This document shows, one piece after another, positions 45,894 through 55,800 of a stretch of DNA of 64,000 bases (within the stretch, counting starts at the first letter, position 1; each line of letters opens with the position of its first letter). The DNA is taken from positions 117,738-181,737 of the forward strand of contig CAVVMJ010000010.1 in NCBI GenBank assembly GCA_963749445.1, written 5' to 3'. Origin of the DNA: an uncultured bacterium (GTDB taxonomy: Bacteria; Patescibacteriota; Doudnabacteria; UBA920). The position numbers were made by a program, and so were the translations under genes. The notes beneath the pieces are model-generated. The model was given only the letters and a program-made list of their open reading frames with translations, did no database searches and had not been told where the DNA came from.

Positions 45894-46575
45894 AATTGAT
45901 TATCTGATTAAAGTACAAAGGCACTAAACTCGCTCCCCCAACCAACAAACCGTCAACGTTGTGCTGTTTTAAAAATTCCGCCGCGTTGGCCGCGTTAACG
46001 CTGCCGCCGTACAAAACTTTTTTGATTTGGTATTTGGTCTTAATGAAAATCGCGATTGATTCGGCGTGCTCGGGCGAGGCGTTTTTGCCGGTGCCAATGG
46101 CCCAGACCGGTTCGTAAGCGACGACGACCGATTCCGTGTCAACTCCGGCTAAATCAATATCCAGCTGGCTCTTTAAAATATCCGTAACTTCCAATTCGTC
46201 ATCTTCTACCGTGGTGCCGTACCCTACGCAGAGGATGGGAATAATTTTATGGCTGATGAGTGTCCGCAATTTGGCGTTAATCTGCTCGTCACTTTCTCCG
46301 GTACCGCGCTTTTCGCTGTGGCCGACGATGCAATACTTTATGCCCAAATCATTCAGCTGCAGCGGACTAGTCTCGGCTGTGAACGCGCCCTTGTCCTGCC
46401 AAAAACAATCCTGCGCGCCTAAGTTTGGATAATCTATCCGCGATAAATAAATGGTCGGCGGGCACAGCACCACCTTATTTTTCGCCCGAACGGAAATTTC
46501 CGCCGCCAGTTTTTGGGCGTCTTTGAGCGTAGTGGGATTTAATTTCCAATTGGCTACTATTAATTTTTTTGACAT
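45889..46575 (-). CDS. tpiA: triosephosphate isomerase
   Basis: LIVANWKLN...IVGHSEKR...AYEPVWAIGTGK... Confidence 0.9.
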   Translation of the reverse strand: MSKKLIVANWKLNPTTLKDAQKLAAEISVRAKNKVVLCPPTIYLSRIDYPNLGAQDCFWQDKGAFTAETSPLQLNDLGIKYCIVGHSEKRGTGESDEQINAKLRTLISHKIIPILCVGYGTTVEDDELEVTDILKSQLDIDLAGVDTESVVVAYEPVWAIGTGKNASPEHAESIAIFIKTKYQIKKVLYGGSVNAANAAEFLKQHNVDGLLVGGASLVPLYFNQIINY

Positions 46576-46590
46576 AGGATAAATTTACAT

Positions 46591-47031
46591 CTAAAGATCC
46601 ATTTTCGTCGGCGGGGTCAGGGAAATTGTATTTCCAAACTTTTTCAGTTCTTTCCGTAAATCATCATTGACCTCCCGCGCCAAGACCCACAAGCCGATGT
46701 TGCCGACGCTAAAATACAATACCTCCTCTACGGGCTCAACTAAATTCACGGTAAGCAAGTGGCGAAAAATCAGGCTGACCACCGCCCCGATAATGGAAAT
46801 TACGCCGAGCAGCCAGACCGCCCCCTGCTGCCTCAGCTTTGGCAAAAACAATCCCGCGCAAATACTGCTTATGCCGATAATCAAATGCAAAAAATTCTGC
46901 GTATCGTTAAGCCACCATTGCTGCCCGAATACGCTGTCCTGCGGCGTCGGCCCCAAAATATGCACAAACCCCAAAATGCCCAAACCCACCGCCCCCGCCC
47001 CGGCCAAAATCAAATAAAATTTTGTGCTCAT
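46591..47031 (-). CDS. hypothetical membrane protein
   Basis: 146 aa, 4 TM helices. Confidence 0.45.
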   Translation of the reverse strand: MSTKFYLILAGAGAVGLGILGFVHILGPTPQDSVFGQQWWLNDTQNFLHLIIGISSICAGLFLPKLRQQGAVWLLGVISIIGAVVSLIFRHLLTVNLVEPVEEVLYFSVGNIGLWVLAREVNDDLRKELKKFGNTISLTPPTKMDL

Positions 47032-47054
47032 ATTGTTTATCGATAAATGTTAAA

Positions 47055-48050
47055 TTATGTTTCACCTCTCAAAAACTTCGCCGTCACTTCCGGCGGCATG
47101 GGGTTGACCGGGATGCCGGTGGCGAATTCAAAGCCGGCCCAAATGGTGATGCGCGGAAAAATCGTCAGGTGCCAGTGGAACGCCCTTTCCTCCTGCGCCG
47201 CGTGCTGGTGGTCTTTTTTGTTGGGCATATTGTGGATGTAAAAATTCAAGGGCGGGTCGGAAAGTTTGGTGTAAAGCTGGCCGAGCGTAACTTTTAAGAC
47301 GAACGACAAATGCTTAATCTCATCTTCGCTCATATCCTCAAACCGCGCGCCGTGCTTTTTGGGCAAAATCCAGGTCTCAAACGGGCAGCGGCTGGCGTAA
47401 GCAGAAATCACCACAAAATGTTCGCTCTCGTGCACCAGGCGGTCCTTGACCGCCAGCTCTTCCTTAATAATATCACAATAAATGCAGGAACGGTTGTTTT
47501 CGTAATAGTGATAGCAACCTAAAATTTCGCTGTGGATGTGGGGCGGCACAATGGGCGTGGCCAGCAATTGGTAGTGGGGATGGATGATGCTGGCGCCGGC
47601 GTCGCGGCCGTGGTTGTGGAAAATCTGCACGTAAGCCAAGCTAGGATCTTTGCTTAAATTGTTTATGCGGTCAATGAATGTCCGAATGGTCAATTCAACA
47701 GTGGCGATGGATTGCAAAGCCACCGGCTCGTTGTGTTTGCGCGTGATGATTACCTCGTGGTCGCCGTCGCCGCTGTGCGAAACGTAAAAATCCTTGTGCC
47801 GATACACGGCCGTGCTTTCCAAAGCCGAAAACTTATTTGGGATAATTCGGATTTCCCAGTCTTTGCCTTTGGGCACGCGCAAAATTTCCGGACTTTTATC
47901 CTCGTTGCCCGGACAAAACACGCAAGAACTGTCCTGCTCGGGCACGCCGAACATCACGGAATACGTTTTGTACTCATCCGGCCGTTTGTTCCTGGCTGGC
48001 GCGATGAGCACCCAGTTTTTAGTTATTGGATTTTGCCGGAATTCACTCAT
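47055..48050 (-). CDS. galT: galactose-1-phosphate uridylyltransferase (HIT family)
   Basis: ...CVFCPGNE...IIHPHYQLLA... (HxHxQ). Confidence 0.8.
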   Translation of the reverse strand: MSEFRQNPITKNWVLIAPARNKRPDEYKTYSVMFGVPEQDSSCVFCPGNEDKSPEILRVPKGKDWEIRIIPNKFSALESTAVYRHKDFYVSHSGDGDHEVIITRKHNEPVALQSIATVELTIRTFIDRINNLSKDPSLAYVQIFHNHGRDAGASIIHPHYQLLATPIVPPHIHSEILGCYHYYENNRSCIYCDIIKEELAVKDRLVHESEHFVVISAYASRCPFETWILPKKHGARFEDMSEDEIKHLSFVLKVTLGQLYTKLSDPPLNFYIHNMPNKKDHQHAAQEERAFHWHLTIFPRITIWAGFEFATGIPVNPMPPEVTAKFLRGET

Positions 48051-48431
48051 CTATTTTTTATTTTTGTCTAGGTAATTTTGCAAAATTATTTGCGCAGCCA
48101 AACTATCAAGATTTTTATTTTCACCGATGATGTTCTGGGCCATTTGCGATGATAATCTTTCATCCATAATCTCCACCGGCAAGCCAGTCTCACTTTCCAC
48201 TTTCAACTTGAAACTTTTAACTTCTTCCGTTTTTTTTGTTTCCTTGCCGCTCATATTCAGCGGCCAGCCCAGAACTATTAAACTTATTCGCTGATCACTT
48301 ACCAGCTTATTAACTTGCTCCCAAAATTCTTTAGGCGATAAAATCGTAAGTTCACGCGCCAGGGTTTGGGACTCATCGCTAATGGCTAACCCAATCCGCT
48401 TCTCTCCGTAATCTATTCCAAGTATTTTCAT
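48051..48431 (-). CDS. ruvX: Holliday-junction resolvase-like RuvX/YqgF
   Basis: MKILGIDYGEKRIGLAISD... Confidence 0.8.
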   Translation of the reverse strand: MKILGIDYGEKRIGLAISDESQTLARELTILSPKEFWEQVNKLVSDQRISLIVLGWPLNMSGKETKKTEEVKSFKLKVESETGLPVEIMDERLSSQMAQNIIGENKNLDSLAAQIILQNYLDKNKK

Positions 48432-48447
48432 AAGTTTGTCCGGGCTA

Positions 48448-48931
48448 TCCGCGGAGCCTCCCCTCCTGCCAAGGAGGGGTGTCACCCGAAGGGTGACGGG
48501 GTGGTTGGAGTTTGCTAAAAATGCTTCCTGATTTCCATAAGCACTCCCTCAATATTATTTATAATGTCTTTATTTTCAAACCTGATAACTTTTATTCCTT
48601 TTCCGTTTATATAACCAGTCCTAATTTGGTCGTTTTGGTATCCTTGCCCCGTGTCATGCGGCGAACCGTCCAGTTCCACAGCCAATTTTTTTCCAGAACA
48701 ATAAAAATCCAAAATATAATTTCCTACACTATGCTGTCTTCTAAACTTTTCCCCCGGCTGGCTGTTTTTTAAATAAGACCAGGGCCTGGCTTCGGCGGGA
48801 GTAAGGCTCTTACGCAGCTGTTTACGATTATTTTTGAGTCCAATCAGATTATTTAATCGCTTGGTCATGCTCCAACCACCTCCCCCGCTTCGCGGGGTAC
48901 TCCTCCTCTGCAAGGAGGAGAGGCTCCGCGG
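48448..48931. mobile_element. GC-rich TIR element carrying DUF559 endonuclease gene (copy 2)
   Basis: Left end ccgcggagcctcccctcctgccaaggaggggtgtcacccgaagggtgacggggtggttgg. Right end ccaaccacctcccccgcttcgcggggtactcctcctctgcaaggaggagaggctccgcgg (~30-bp TIR). The internal block ggaggggtgtcacccgaagggtgacggggtgg is identical to copy 1. Confidence 0.75.
48515..48868 (-). CDS. DUF559 (Vsr-like endonuclease-fold) protein, copy 2
   Basis: MTKRLNNLIG...ARPWSYLKNSQPGEKFRRQHSVGNYILDFYCSGKKLAVELDGSPHD...VIRFENKDI...; the ORF-track N-terminal extension is the translated TIR. Confidence 0.7.
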   Translation of the reverse strand: MTKRLNNLIGLKNNRKQLRKSLTPAEARPWSYLKNSQPGEKFRRQHSVGNYILDFYCSGKKLAVELDGSPHDTGQGYQNDQIRTGYINGKGIKVIRFENKDIINNIEGVLMEIRKHF

Positions 48932-48937
48932 CAACTC

Positions 48938-50218
48938 CTATTTTGCTTCCCCCAATGTCACTTTGACGTCTTTTTCTTTACCCTGATGGTAAACCCGCAG
49001 AGTAACTGTATCCCCGACACCATAAGTTTGAAGCAGGCTAGACAAGGTGTTATCGTTGTTAACCTCGGTGCCATTAACCGCCAAAATAATGTCGTTTTCA
49101 GCCAGTCCCGCGGCCGCGGCCGGACTGCCCGGCACCACTCCGCTTTCCCCGGGGTTACTGCCGGCGACAATGAGCGCGCCGGCATTAAAAGCCAGCTTTT
49201 GCTGTTTTGCCAGGGTGTCGGTAATCATAACGTAGCGCACGCCCAAAAACGGTTCCGCAATGTGGCCGTTTTTCTGAAAACTGGCCAACGCCCGCTGGGC
49301 CGCACTGGACGGCAAAGCAAAACCGACCAACTGTCCTTGGTCATCAATAGCGGTATTAATACCGATAACCTGCGCCTGTATGTTCAAAAGCGGGCCGCCG
49401 CTGTTGCCTGGGTTAATGGCCGCGTCAGTCTGGATTACGCCGGATAACTGCTCGCTGCCGCTGCCGACATCGCTGCCCGCGGTAATGCTTCGCGACGTGC
49501 CGGAAATAATTCCCGAAGTCACCGTGTTCTGGTATTGACCCAGGGAATTGCCGATGGCCACGACCCGCTGGCCAATTTGGATTTTGGAGGAATCGGCCAA
49601 AGTTAAAAATGGCGCGTCGGCAATGTTGATTTTGATAATCGCCAAATCATTCACCGGATCCTGCGACATAACTTTGGCATCATAACTTTTGCCGTCCGAA
49701 GTAATCACGGTATAACTGGCCGTGGTATCGCTGACCACGTGCTTGTTGGTTAAAATCAAACCGTCCGCTGAAACAAAAAATCCGCTGCCCGCCCCGACTT
49801 CCTGAATGTTCGGCGTTTGGGGATACTGCTGCTGCCCGCGGCCGCCAAAGAAAAAATAAAACGGGTCAGTATTGCCGGGGTTCATACCGTATCCGGGAAC
49901 CTTATTCAAATCCTGCGAGATGATAATGGAAACCACGGCCGGGCTGGCTTTTTTGACCACGTCGATAATCGCAGAATCCTCATTCAGCGTGATATTTTGG
50001 GTGGCGGATAAAACGCCGGCCGATTTTTGCGCGTCCGGGCCGCGGAGCAAATAATAGGTACTCAAACTGCCACCGAGCATGCCAAAAATCAGGCTTAAAA
50101 CCACTAAAAGCACAATGGGATTGTGCTGATAATGCGGCCGCGGCACCGGATTGTTAATTTCTGACGGATTCTGGCTTGCGGAAACCGGGATTTCCGGCTT
50201 GTTTTCAAAATTTTCCAT
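48938..50218 (-). CDS. HtrA/DegP-family serine protease with PDZ domain
   Basis: N-terminal TM; GSGFFVSADGLILTNKHVV...GNSGGPLLN...; C-terminal PDZ. Confidence 0.85.
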   Translation of the reverse strand: MENFENKPEIPVSASQNPSEINNPVPRPHYQHNPIVLLVVLSLIFGMLGGSLSTYYLLRGPDAQKSAGVLSATQNITLNEDSAIIDVVKKASPAVVSIIISQDLNKVPGYGMNPGNTDPFYFFFGGRGQQQYPQTPNIQEVGAGSGFFVSADGLILTNKHVVSDTTASYTVITSDGKSYDAKVMSQDPVNDLAIIKINIADAPFLTLADSSKIQIGQRVVAIGNSLGQYQNTVTSGIISGTSRSITAGSDVGSGSEQLSGVIQTDAAINPGNSGGPLLNIQAQVIGINTAIDDQGQLVGFALPSSAAQRALASFQKNGHIAEPFLGVRYVMITDTLAKQQKLAFNAGALIVAGSNPGESGVVPGSPAAAAGLAENDIILAVNGTEVNNDNTLSSLLQTYGVGDTVTLRVYHQGKEKDVKVTLGEAK

Positions 50219-50352
50219 AAAAAAACTGTGCTTAAATTAAGACAGATCCCTCGCTTCGCTCGGGACAAAATGACCAAAAGTCATTTTGATTATAACATAT
50301 TACCTTAAAATACTAAAATCAGCCCCGCTTAGGTTCAGGGCTGGTTGGTTTG

Positions 50353-50452
50353 ATTGATGGGTATCTTCGTGGTTCCACAATCCTCAGCCGATATCTATCC
50401 GATAACGACAAGTAAAGGTCGAGGGATGTGTTGGCAAGAAGATGCCCATCAA
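50353..50452. mobile_element. MITE family 1 copy
   Basis: TTGATGGGTATCTTCG ... GAAGATGCCCATCAA. Confidence 0.8.
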
Positions 50453-50459
50453 CCGGTGT

Positions 50460-52136
50460 CTAAGGATTTTGCGTCGACGAACCCGCCGCGCAGCCGCCCG
50501 GCAGCTGGGCGCAGGCCTGGTTGAGCAAACTTTGGGTCGTGGGCGCGGGCGGGGGCTGCTGGTACGGGGTACCGGTAATGGGTACAATCGGGGCCAGCTG
50601 GGCCGCGGCCAGGCAGGTGGCCTGCTCTTTAAGCACGCCGCCGCTGCTCGGGCTGCGCGGGCTGACCGTGGCGCCGCTGAACAAAAATTTGGTAAACAAA
50701 GTCTGGGAAATTTGCGCCACGAACTGGCTAATGAAACTTCCAGCGTTGCTGTTTCCGAGCTGCATAATCTCGTTTAAACTGGCCTGCTCGCCGCCGGCAA
50801 TGGCATTGACCGACGTGGCAATGCCGCCGTTCAGCGCGTCCCTGGGGCTCTTTAAACCGTTACTGGTGAGTTCGCGGTCAGCCGCGGCCTGGGCCGCGCT
50901 CTCGGTTTGCGCCGCCAAATCCTGATAGTAAAGCTCCTGGCCGTTTGACGAAGCCATAAAGTTGCCGACCGAAGCCAATTTTTGATAGTAATTCGGGTCG
51001 CTCGGGTTCAAACTGGAAGGATCAAAACCCAAATACTGGCTGGCTTTGGCCTGGAAAATCGGTTTTAGGTTTTGGTTTTGTTTGTTGCAGGAAAACTGTG
51101 GAATCAATTGTTTGATAATGTTTTGGTCAAGCGAGCTGTCAACATATTTGTTTAAATAATCGTTGGCGTATTGGCCGGAAACCAAGGCGTCGGAATAATA
51201 CAGAAAGTTGGCAATTTTGTAATTGCTTTCAATTTTTTGCACCATCTGCTCCAAAAACGACGCCATAAACTGGGTAAAAGACGAAACCAGCCCTTGCTGC
51301 ACCGTATCCATAATGATGCGCGGGATATCGCCGACAGTAATGGTAACGTCGCCGAGGCCAAAAACCGCGCGTGCCTCGGGAATTAAAACAAAATGGCTGC
51401 CGCTTTTTTGCGCGTAATAAATTGTTTCATCGGCAAGATGGTATTTACCGACTAACTGATTATAGGCGGCGGTAAAAGCCTGAAAACTTTGGTTAATGGC
51501 CGCGTAATTTTGGTAAGTGTCGGCCCAGGGCTGGGTGTTCTGACCGGACGTATACTGCTTTGACAAATCCAGCAGCCGGCCGTAGGAAATATAAGCAGAA
51601 ACCAATGCCGTTTGCGCGGGCAGCGCTTCTTTGGGCACCGGCGCGGCGGTTAATTTACGGAAGGCTTGATTGTATTCTTTGCTGATGGTGGCCGCGGAAT
51701 TGGGGTCGGTAAATAATTGTTTGTTAAGATCGGATGTGTTTTGACTAAAGGCGACTAAAGGCCCGATCGCCGCGGTAAAGTAAGCTTCCACGGCTTTTTG
51801 TCCGGAGGCTGAAGTTAAGTTTAAAGTTTTTTGGTCAACCGTCGGCAGCACCACCGGCTGGCTGGTTTTAAGCTGCGCCTCCACCTCCTGCCGTATGTCA
51901 GCCTGCGTCAAAATGCTCTGGAACAATTCCTGGCTGGCCACCGGGTCGGTCTGGATGCTGGCCAAATACACGGCGTAAGCCTTCTGCTCAGCCTCTGATT
52001 GCTGCTGCAGCTTGGCGTAATCCGTGGTGTCTTTATACCGAAAATCGCTTTTCTGAAAAACCGTTATGCAAACCAAAACCAACACTACAACCATGCTCAC
52101 GCCAAAATAAACTTTTTGGGATTTTGTTTCTAACAT
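50460..52136 (-). CDS. membrane-anchored hypothetical protein (558 aa), Cys-containing C-terminal region
   Basis: N-terminal TM helix then a large Q/A/S-rich ectodomain. No recognisable family. Confidence 0.5.
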   Translation of the reverse strand: MLETKSQKVYFGVSMVVVLVLVCITVFQKSDFRYKDTTDYAKLQQQSEAEQKAYAVYLASIQTDPVASQELFQSILTQADIRQEVEAQLKTSQPVVLPTVDQKTLNLTSASGQKAVEAYFTAAIGPLVAFSQNTSDLNKQLFTDPNSAATISKEYNQAFRKLTAAPVPKEALPAQTALVSAYISYGRLLDLSKQYTSGQNTQPWADTYQNYAAINQSFQAFTAAYNQLVGKYHLADETIYYAQKSGSHFVLIPEARAVFGLGDVTITVGDIPRIIMDTVQQGLVSSFTQFMASFLEQMVQKIESNYKIANFLYYSDALVSGQYANDYLNKYVDSSLDQNIIKQLIPQFSCNKQNQNLKPIFQAKASQYLGFDPSSLNPSDPNYYQKLASVGNFMASSNGQELYYQDLAAQTESAAQAAADRELTSNGLKSPRDALNGGIATSVNAIAGGEQASLNEIMQLGNSNAGSFISQFVAQISQTLFTKFLFSGATVSPRSPSSGGVLKEQATCLAAAQLAPIVPITGTPYQQPPPAPTTQSLLNQACAQLPGGCAAGSSTQNP

Positions 52137-52177
52137 AAATTTTAATTAATTTTGATTTTTACGATCTCAAATTAAGT

Positions 52178-53761
52178 CTACTCTATTAATTCCCCACCGA
52201 ACACCTTGAGCACGTCGCCCAAGTTTACTGCCGCGCCTTCGGCCGCCAGTGGTTTGATTACCGCGCCGCGCACGGCCAGGGGCTTGCCGCTGATTTCCCG
52301 GATGACTGATGAAATCATGGCTTGATTTTTAGCATTTTCCAAATTGGCTTTGTCAAAATTAAACTTCACGCCCACAATTATGGCCCGGCCCAAAACGCCG
52401 TCTAGTGACGCGGTCTTAATTAAACTGGCCAGCGGACAGTTGCGCTTTTTGAGTTCCGCGATAAATTTTGGCCACCAAGCGCGGACTTCCTCCAAAGTTA
52501 TGGCTTCGGCCAAAGGAGTTTCATCGTCCGCCGATAATTCCGCGACCTCATCTTTTTTTGTTTCCGGATGATTACTGACCACGACCGTCGGTTGTTTAAC
52601 CGGCGCTGACAGAACCGCCGATCCGATTTTCTGATTTTCCGATTTATCCGATTTGCCGGATCTCCGCTGCGCCGCTTCCAAAGCCGCCAACAGCAGCGGA
52701 ATCTCGCCGCGCGGGCTGGAATTCAAATCTTTATACGACTTTAAAAACAGCCGCACGATAAAAATCAATTCCTGCGGATTGGCCAAAGCGGCCTGCTTTT
52801 TTATCTCCTCCTCGTGTTCTTTAGCCAGACCGGATAAACCTCCGCCGCTGACCTGAAAAATTAAAATTTTGCGCAAATATTCCAAAAAGTCGCGGTTAAA
52901 CACGGCCAAGTCCGCGCCCTGTTCCGATAAATTATCAAAAAACGCGGGAATCTCCGCCATCTTGCCGGCCAAAATGTGGCCAAGCAAACGGTGGCAGACG
53001 CCAAAGTCTGTAATGCCCAACAGCTGCTGGCAATCTTCCAAAGTGGCGTCTTCTCCCAAGGTAATAACTTTATCCAGCAAACTTAAAGCGTCGCGGACGC
53101 TGCCCTCGGCGTTGTCCGCAATCAGCCTTAAAATTTCTTTATTTAATTTAAAATGTTCAGCCTTTAAAATCTTTTCCAGATGTTCGGCCAATTCCCCGGG
53201 TTCCAACAGCTTAAAGTCAAACCGCTGGGTGCGCGAGATAATCGTAGCCGGCACTTTGTTGGCTTCGGTGGTAGCCAGCACAAAAATGGCATGCTGCGGC
53301 GGCTCTTCCAAAGTTTTCAAAAGCGCGTTAAACGCGCCCTTGCTGAGCATATGGACTTCATCGATGATAAAAACTTTATACTTGCCCACGGACGGGCTGA
53401 ACCTGACGTGCTCCACCAAATCGCGGATATTGTCCACGCCGGTGTTGGACGCGGCGTCAATTTCCACCAAATCCAAAAAGTTGCCGTTCTGTATTGCCAT
53501 GCAATTTGCGCACTTGCCGCAAGGGTCCCCCTCATCCGACTTAGCCCTTAGCCCTTCACCCTTAGCCCTATTCTCGCAATTCACCGCCTTGGCCAACAAA
53601 CGCGCCAAAGTGGTTTTGCCAATGCCGCGGCTGCCAGTAAATAAATAAGCGTGCGCGACCGAACCCGCCGCCACCTGATTTTTCAACGTGCGAATAATGT
53701 GCTTTTGCCCCAAAACCTCTGCGAAGGTCTGCGGTCGATATTTGCGATATAGTACAGCCAT
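52178..53761 (-). CDS. dnaX: DNA polymerase III subunit gamma/tau with in-frame gggctaag repeat insertion
   Basis: MAVLYRKYRPQTFAEVLGQ...GSRGIGKTT...; AKGEGLRAKSDEG inside the Zn-finger region is encoded by repeat 53538-53572. Confidence 0.85.
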   Translation of the reverse strand: MAVLYRKYRPQTFAEVLGQKHIIRTLKNQVAAGSVAHAYLFTGSRGIGKTTLARLLAKAVNCENRAKGEGLRAKSDEGDPCGKCANCMAIQNGNFLDLVEIDAASNTGVDNIRDLVEHVRFSPSVGKYKVFIIDEVHMLSKGAFNALLKTLEEPPQHAIFVLATTEANKVPATIISRTQRFDFKLLEPGELAEHLEKILKAEHFKLNKEILRLIADNAEGSVRDALSLLDKVITLGEDATLEDCQQLLGITDFGVCHRLLGHILAGKMAEIPAFFDNLSEQGADLAVFNRDFLEYLRKILIFQVSGGGLSGLAKEHEEEIKKQAALANPQELIFIVRLFLKSYKDLNSSPRGEIPLLLAALEAAQRRSGKSDKSENQKIGSAVLSAPVKQPTVVVSNHPETKKDEVAELSADDETPLAEAITLEEVRAWWPKFIAELKKRNCPLASLIKTASLDGVLGRAIIVGVKFNFDKANLENAKNQAMISSVIREISGKPLAVRGAVIKPLAAEGAAVNLGDVLKVFGGELIE

Positions 53762-53802
53762 AAAGTCACTTTATTATATCATTATACCTCTATAAATACA
53801 AA

Positions 53803-53831
53803 GTAGGGAACGGTTTGAAACCGTTCCCTAC
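53803..53831. repeat. perfect palindrome gtagggaacggtttgaaaccgttccctac
   Basis: Variant of the gtaggggcggg...cccgcccctac family. Confidence 0.7.
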
Positions 53832-53863
53832 ATCAGCATACGATCATCGACAAATAAGCGGAA

Positions 53864-54529
53864 TTACTTCTTAAACACAAAAATCTTATACCCGATAAAG
53901 TTCCAAATCAGGGAAACCAGGGTGGCTAAAATTTTGGCGATGTTTTTATTTAAGTCCGCGCTGGCGACTAATTGGAGATGGGAAGAAATCAAACCGATGA
54001 GCACACTGTTAATAGCCAAACCGATAATGCTCACAAACAAAAAGGCCAAAAATTCGCTGGCCGCCTGCTTGGGCGGCGCGTTTTTGTTTAATTCAAAACC
54101 ATACCACAAAACAATTTCCGCAATAACAAAAATCGCCAAAATAATCAAATAAAAACTTGCCGGCGCGCTCGCGTTGGAACCAAGCAATACAATCAAAACC
54201 GCCAGAGCTCCCAAAGCGCCGACCAAAACCAAACGGATAAAATTTTTCCACAAACTGACTATCTGTCCCGCGTTAAACGCCCAATAATGGTTCCAAAAAT
54301 AGCTTTGGATCACGGCCAGGGAAAAACCGATGACATTGATACTGCCAAGCTGCAGTCCCGAGCTGATGCCGAAAGTTTTGGACACCACGTTCAGCACTAT
54401 AAAATCCAGCGCCGTGTTAATGACGCCGATGGCCCCAAACCGGAGCACTTGAAGAATTATAGGATATTTTTGTAATTGAACTTCTATTTTGCTGCTCAAA
54501 TTTTGGTTTATTTGTAGGTTTGTTTCCAT
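53864..54529 (-). CDS. GtrA-like polytopic membrane protein (duplicated GtrA fold)
   Basis: ...RFGAIGVINTALDFIVLNV... and a C-terminal ...NFIGYKIFVF... Confidence 0.5.
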   Translation of the reverse strand: METNLQINQNLSSKIEVQLQKYPIILQVLRFGAIGVINTALDFIVLNVVSKTFGISSGLQLGSINVIGFSLAVIQSYFWNHYWAFNAGQIVSLWKNFIRLVLVGALGALAVLIVLLGSNASAPASFYLIILAIFVIAEIVLWYGFELNKNAPPKQAASEFLAFLFVSIIGLAINSVLIGLISSHLQLVASADLNKNIAKILATLVSLIWNFIGYKIFVFKK

Positions 54530-54580
54530 ATTAGTAGAAGCGAATTTAAACGCGAATTAATCTACGCGAAAGTAAACCCC

Positions 54581-54690
54581 GCACCACTTTTCACTAACCT
54601 AATCCGGTGCGATGGTTGCACATTTGACTACGCAAACATTCCTACACCTATAGATGTTAATCTGTTAAAAGTGGTGCGGGGTAAACGCGA
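54581..54690. repeat. TIR element: 20-bp inverted repeats gtaaaccccgcaccactttt / aaaagtggtgcggggtaaac around a ~67-nt loop
   Basis: Perfect 20-bp inverted repeat, flanked by cgcgaa-word arms. Confidence 0.7.
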
Positions 54691-54736
54691 ATTCGCGATA
54701 TGTTCGCGTTGCAGCCTTCGCGTCTATCCTTCGCTT

Positions 54737-55345
54737 CTAAAGTTCCTCGTCCACGTCCACATTAACCGCGGTGCTAGACATTTCCAGGTCCGCGTGTGCG
54801 CCGCCAGAATTCTTTTTAATCACGTTCTCCACGGCCGACCACTCCGACACTTGGTCTTTAGGCACAACGATGGTGACTTCGTCACCCGGCTCTGCTTTAA
54901 AATAAGTCAGGCTGGCCAGCAAAACTTTATAGGCTTTGCCTTCGGCCATGACGCGGAAATCGCCCTTGTCGTCAACCAAAAGCATGCCCAGCATTTTCTT
55001 GCGCTCCACCGGACCGATCTGCTTGTAAATAAATGAGCCGTCTTCGGCAATGGTCAATTTTAACACATCGCCCTCCACCAGTTTGGATTTGGATGCGTAA
55101 TTGGCCGGCACGGGGTACTGTTTTTTGTCCGGCCCGATCATATTTTGTCCGTCAAACACGCCCTCAATAATTTTGCCGCCTTCGGACACGGTAAAGTCTT
55201 TAACCTTGTCGGCCAAATGGCCGTTTGATTTTGTAGCCGGCGCGTTGCCCATAAGTTCGCGCAGCATCTGCTTGGCAGACTGAATATTCTTGTCCGCGGA
55301 ATCAATCATCTGGGCGATCATGGCTAAATTGGAAAGTTTGTCCAT
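54737..55345 (-). CDS. hypothetical protein (202 aa)
   Basis: Soluble ORF; no recognisable family. Confidence 0.45.
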   Translation of the reverse strand: MDKLSNLAMIAQMIDSADKNIQSAKQMLRELMGNAPATKSNGHLADKVKDFTVSEGGKIIEGVFDGQNMIGPDKKQYPVPANYASKSKLVEGDVLKLTIAEDGSFIYKQIGPVERKKMLGMLLVDDKGDFRVMAEGKAYKVLLASLTYFKAEPGDEVTIVVPKDQVSEWSAVENVIKKNSGGAHADLEMSSTAVNVDVDEEL

Positions 55346-55539
55346 TTTTGTTTTCCTTTTTACTTTAAAAGATGATAAATGTATAGGGTACGATAAAATC
55401 GCATCCTATTGTATTTACGAGATAAAACTGCTTTTTGTTTCAGTAAATAGCGCCTTTTTAGCGCCCACTGTAAGCTGTAGATAGTATACCACCAAACAAA
55501 AAATTAGGCAAATCCACATTATCAGCATAACTATCCGAG

Positions 55540-55800
55540 CCTTTTCCGCCCAATGGATCCTCCCCTGCGGCAGAACTGCGAAGTAACATCTGCATTTTGG
55601 TGTTCCATTCCGAGCGAGTTCGAATGCAGCTGAGGACGAGCCGAGGAATCTATCACTTTTACAGATCCCTCCGCTCCTCCTCGCCCATTCGGCTCCGCTC
55701 AGGGCGACCCTGAGTTTATCGAACGGGTCGGATGCTACTTAGTCGTCGGTCGGGATGGAACATCCGGAACAGAATTCCGAGGAAATATTCTTGATTACAA
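55540..55800. repeat. GC-rich modular repeat (same family as 3697-3995; carries the extra module that is also present, inverted, inside dinB)
   Basis: gttccattccgagcgagttcgaatgcagctgaggacgagccgaggaatct...ccctccgctcctcctcg + module cccattcggctccgctcagggcgaccctgag... + tcgtcggtcgggatgga...cgaggaaatattcttgatta. Confidence 0.75.
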
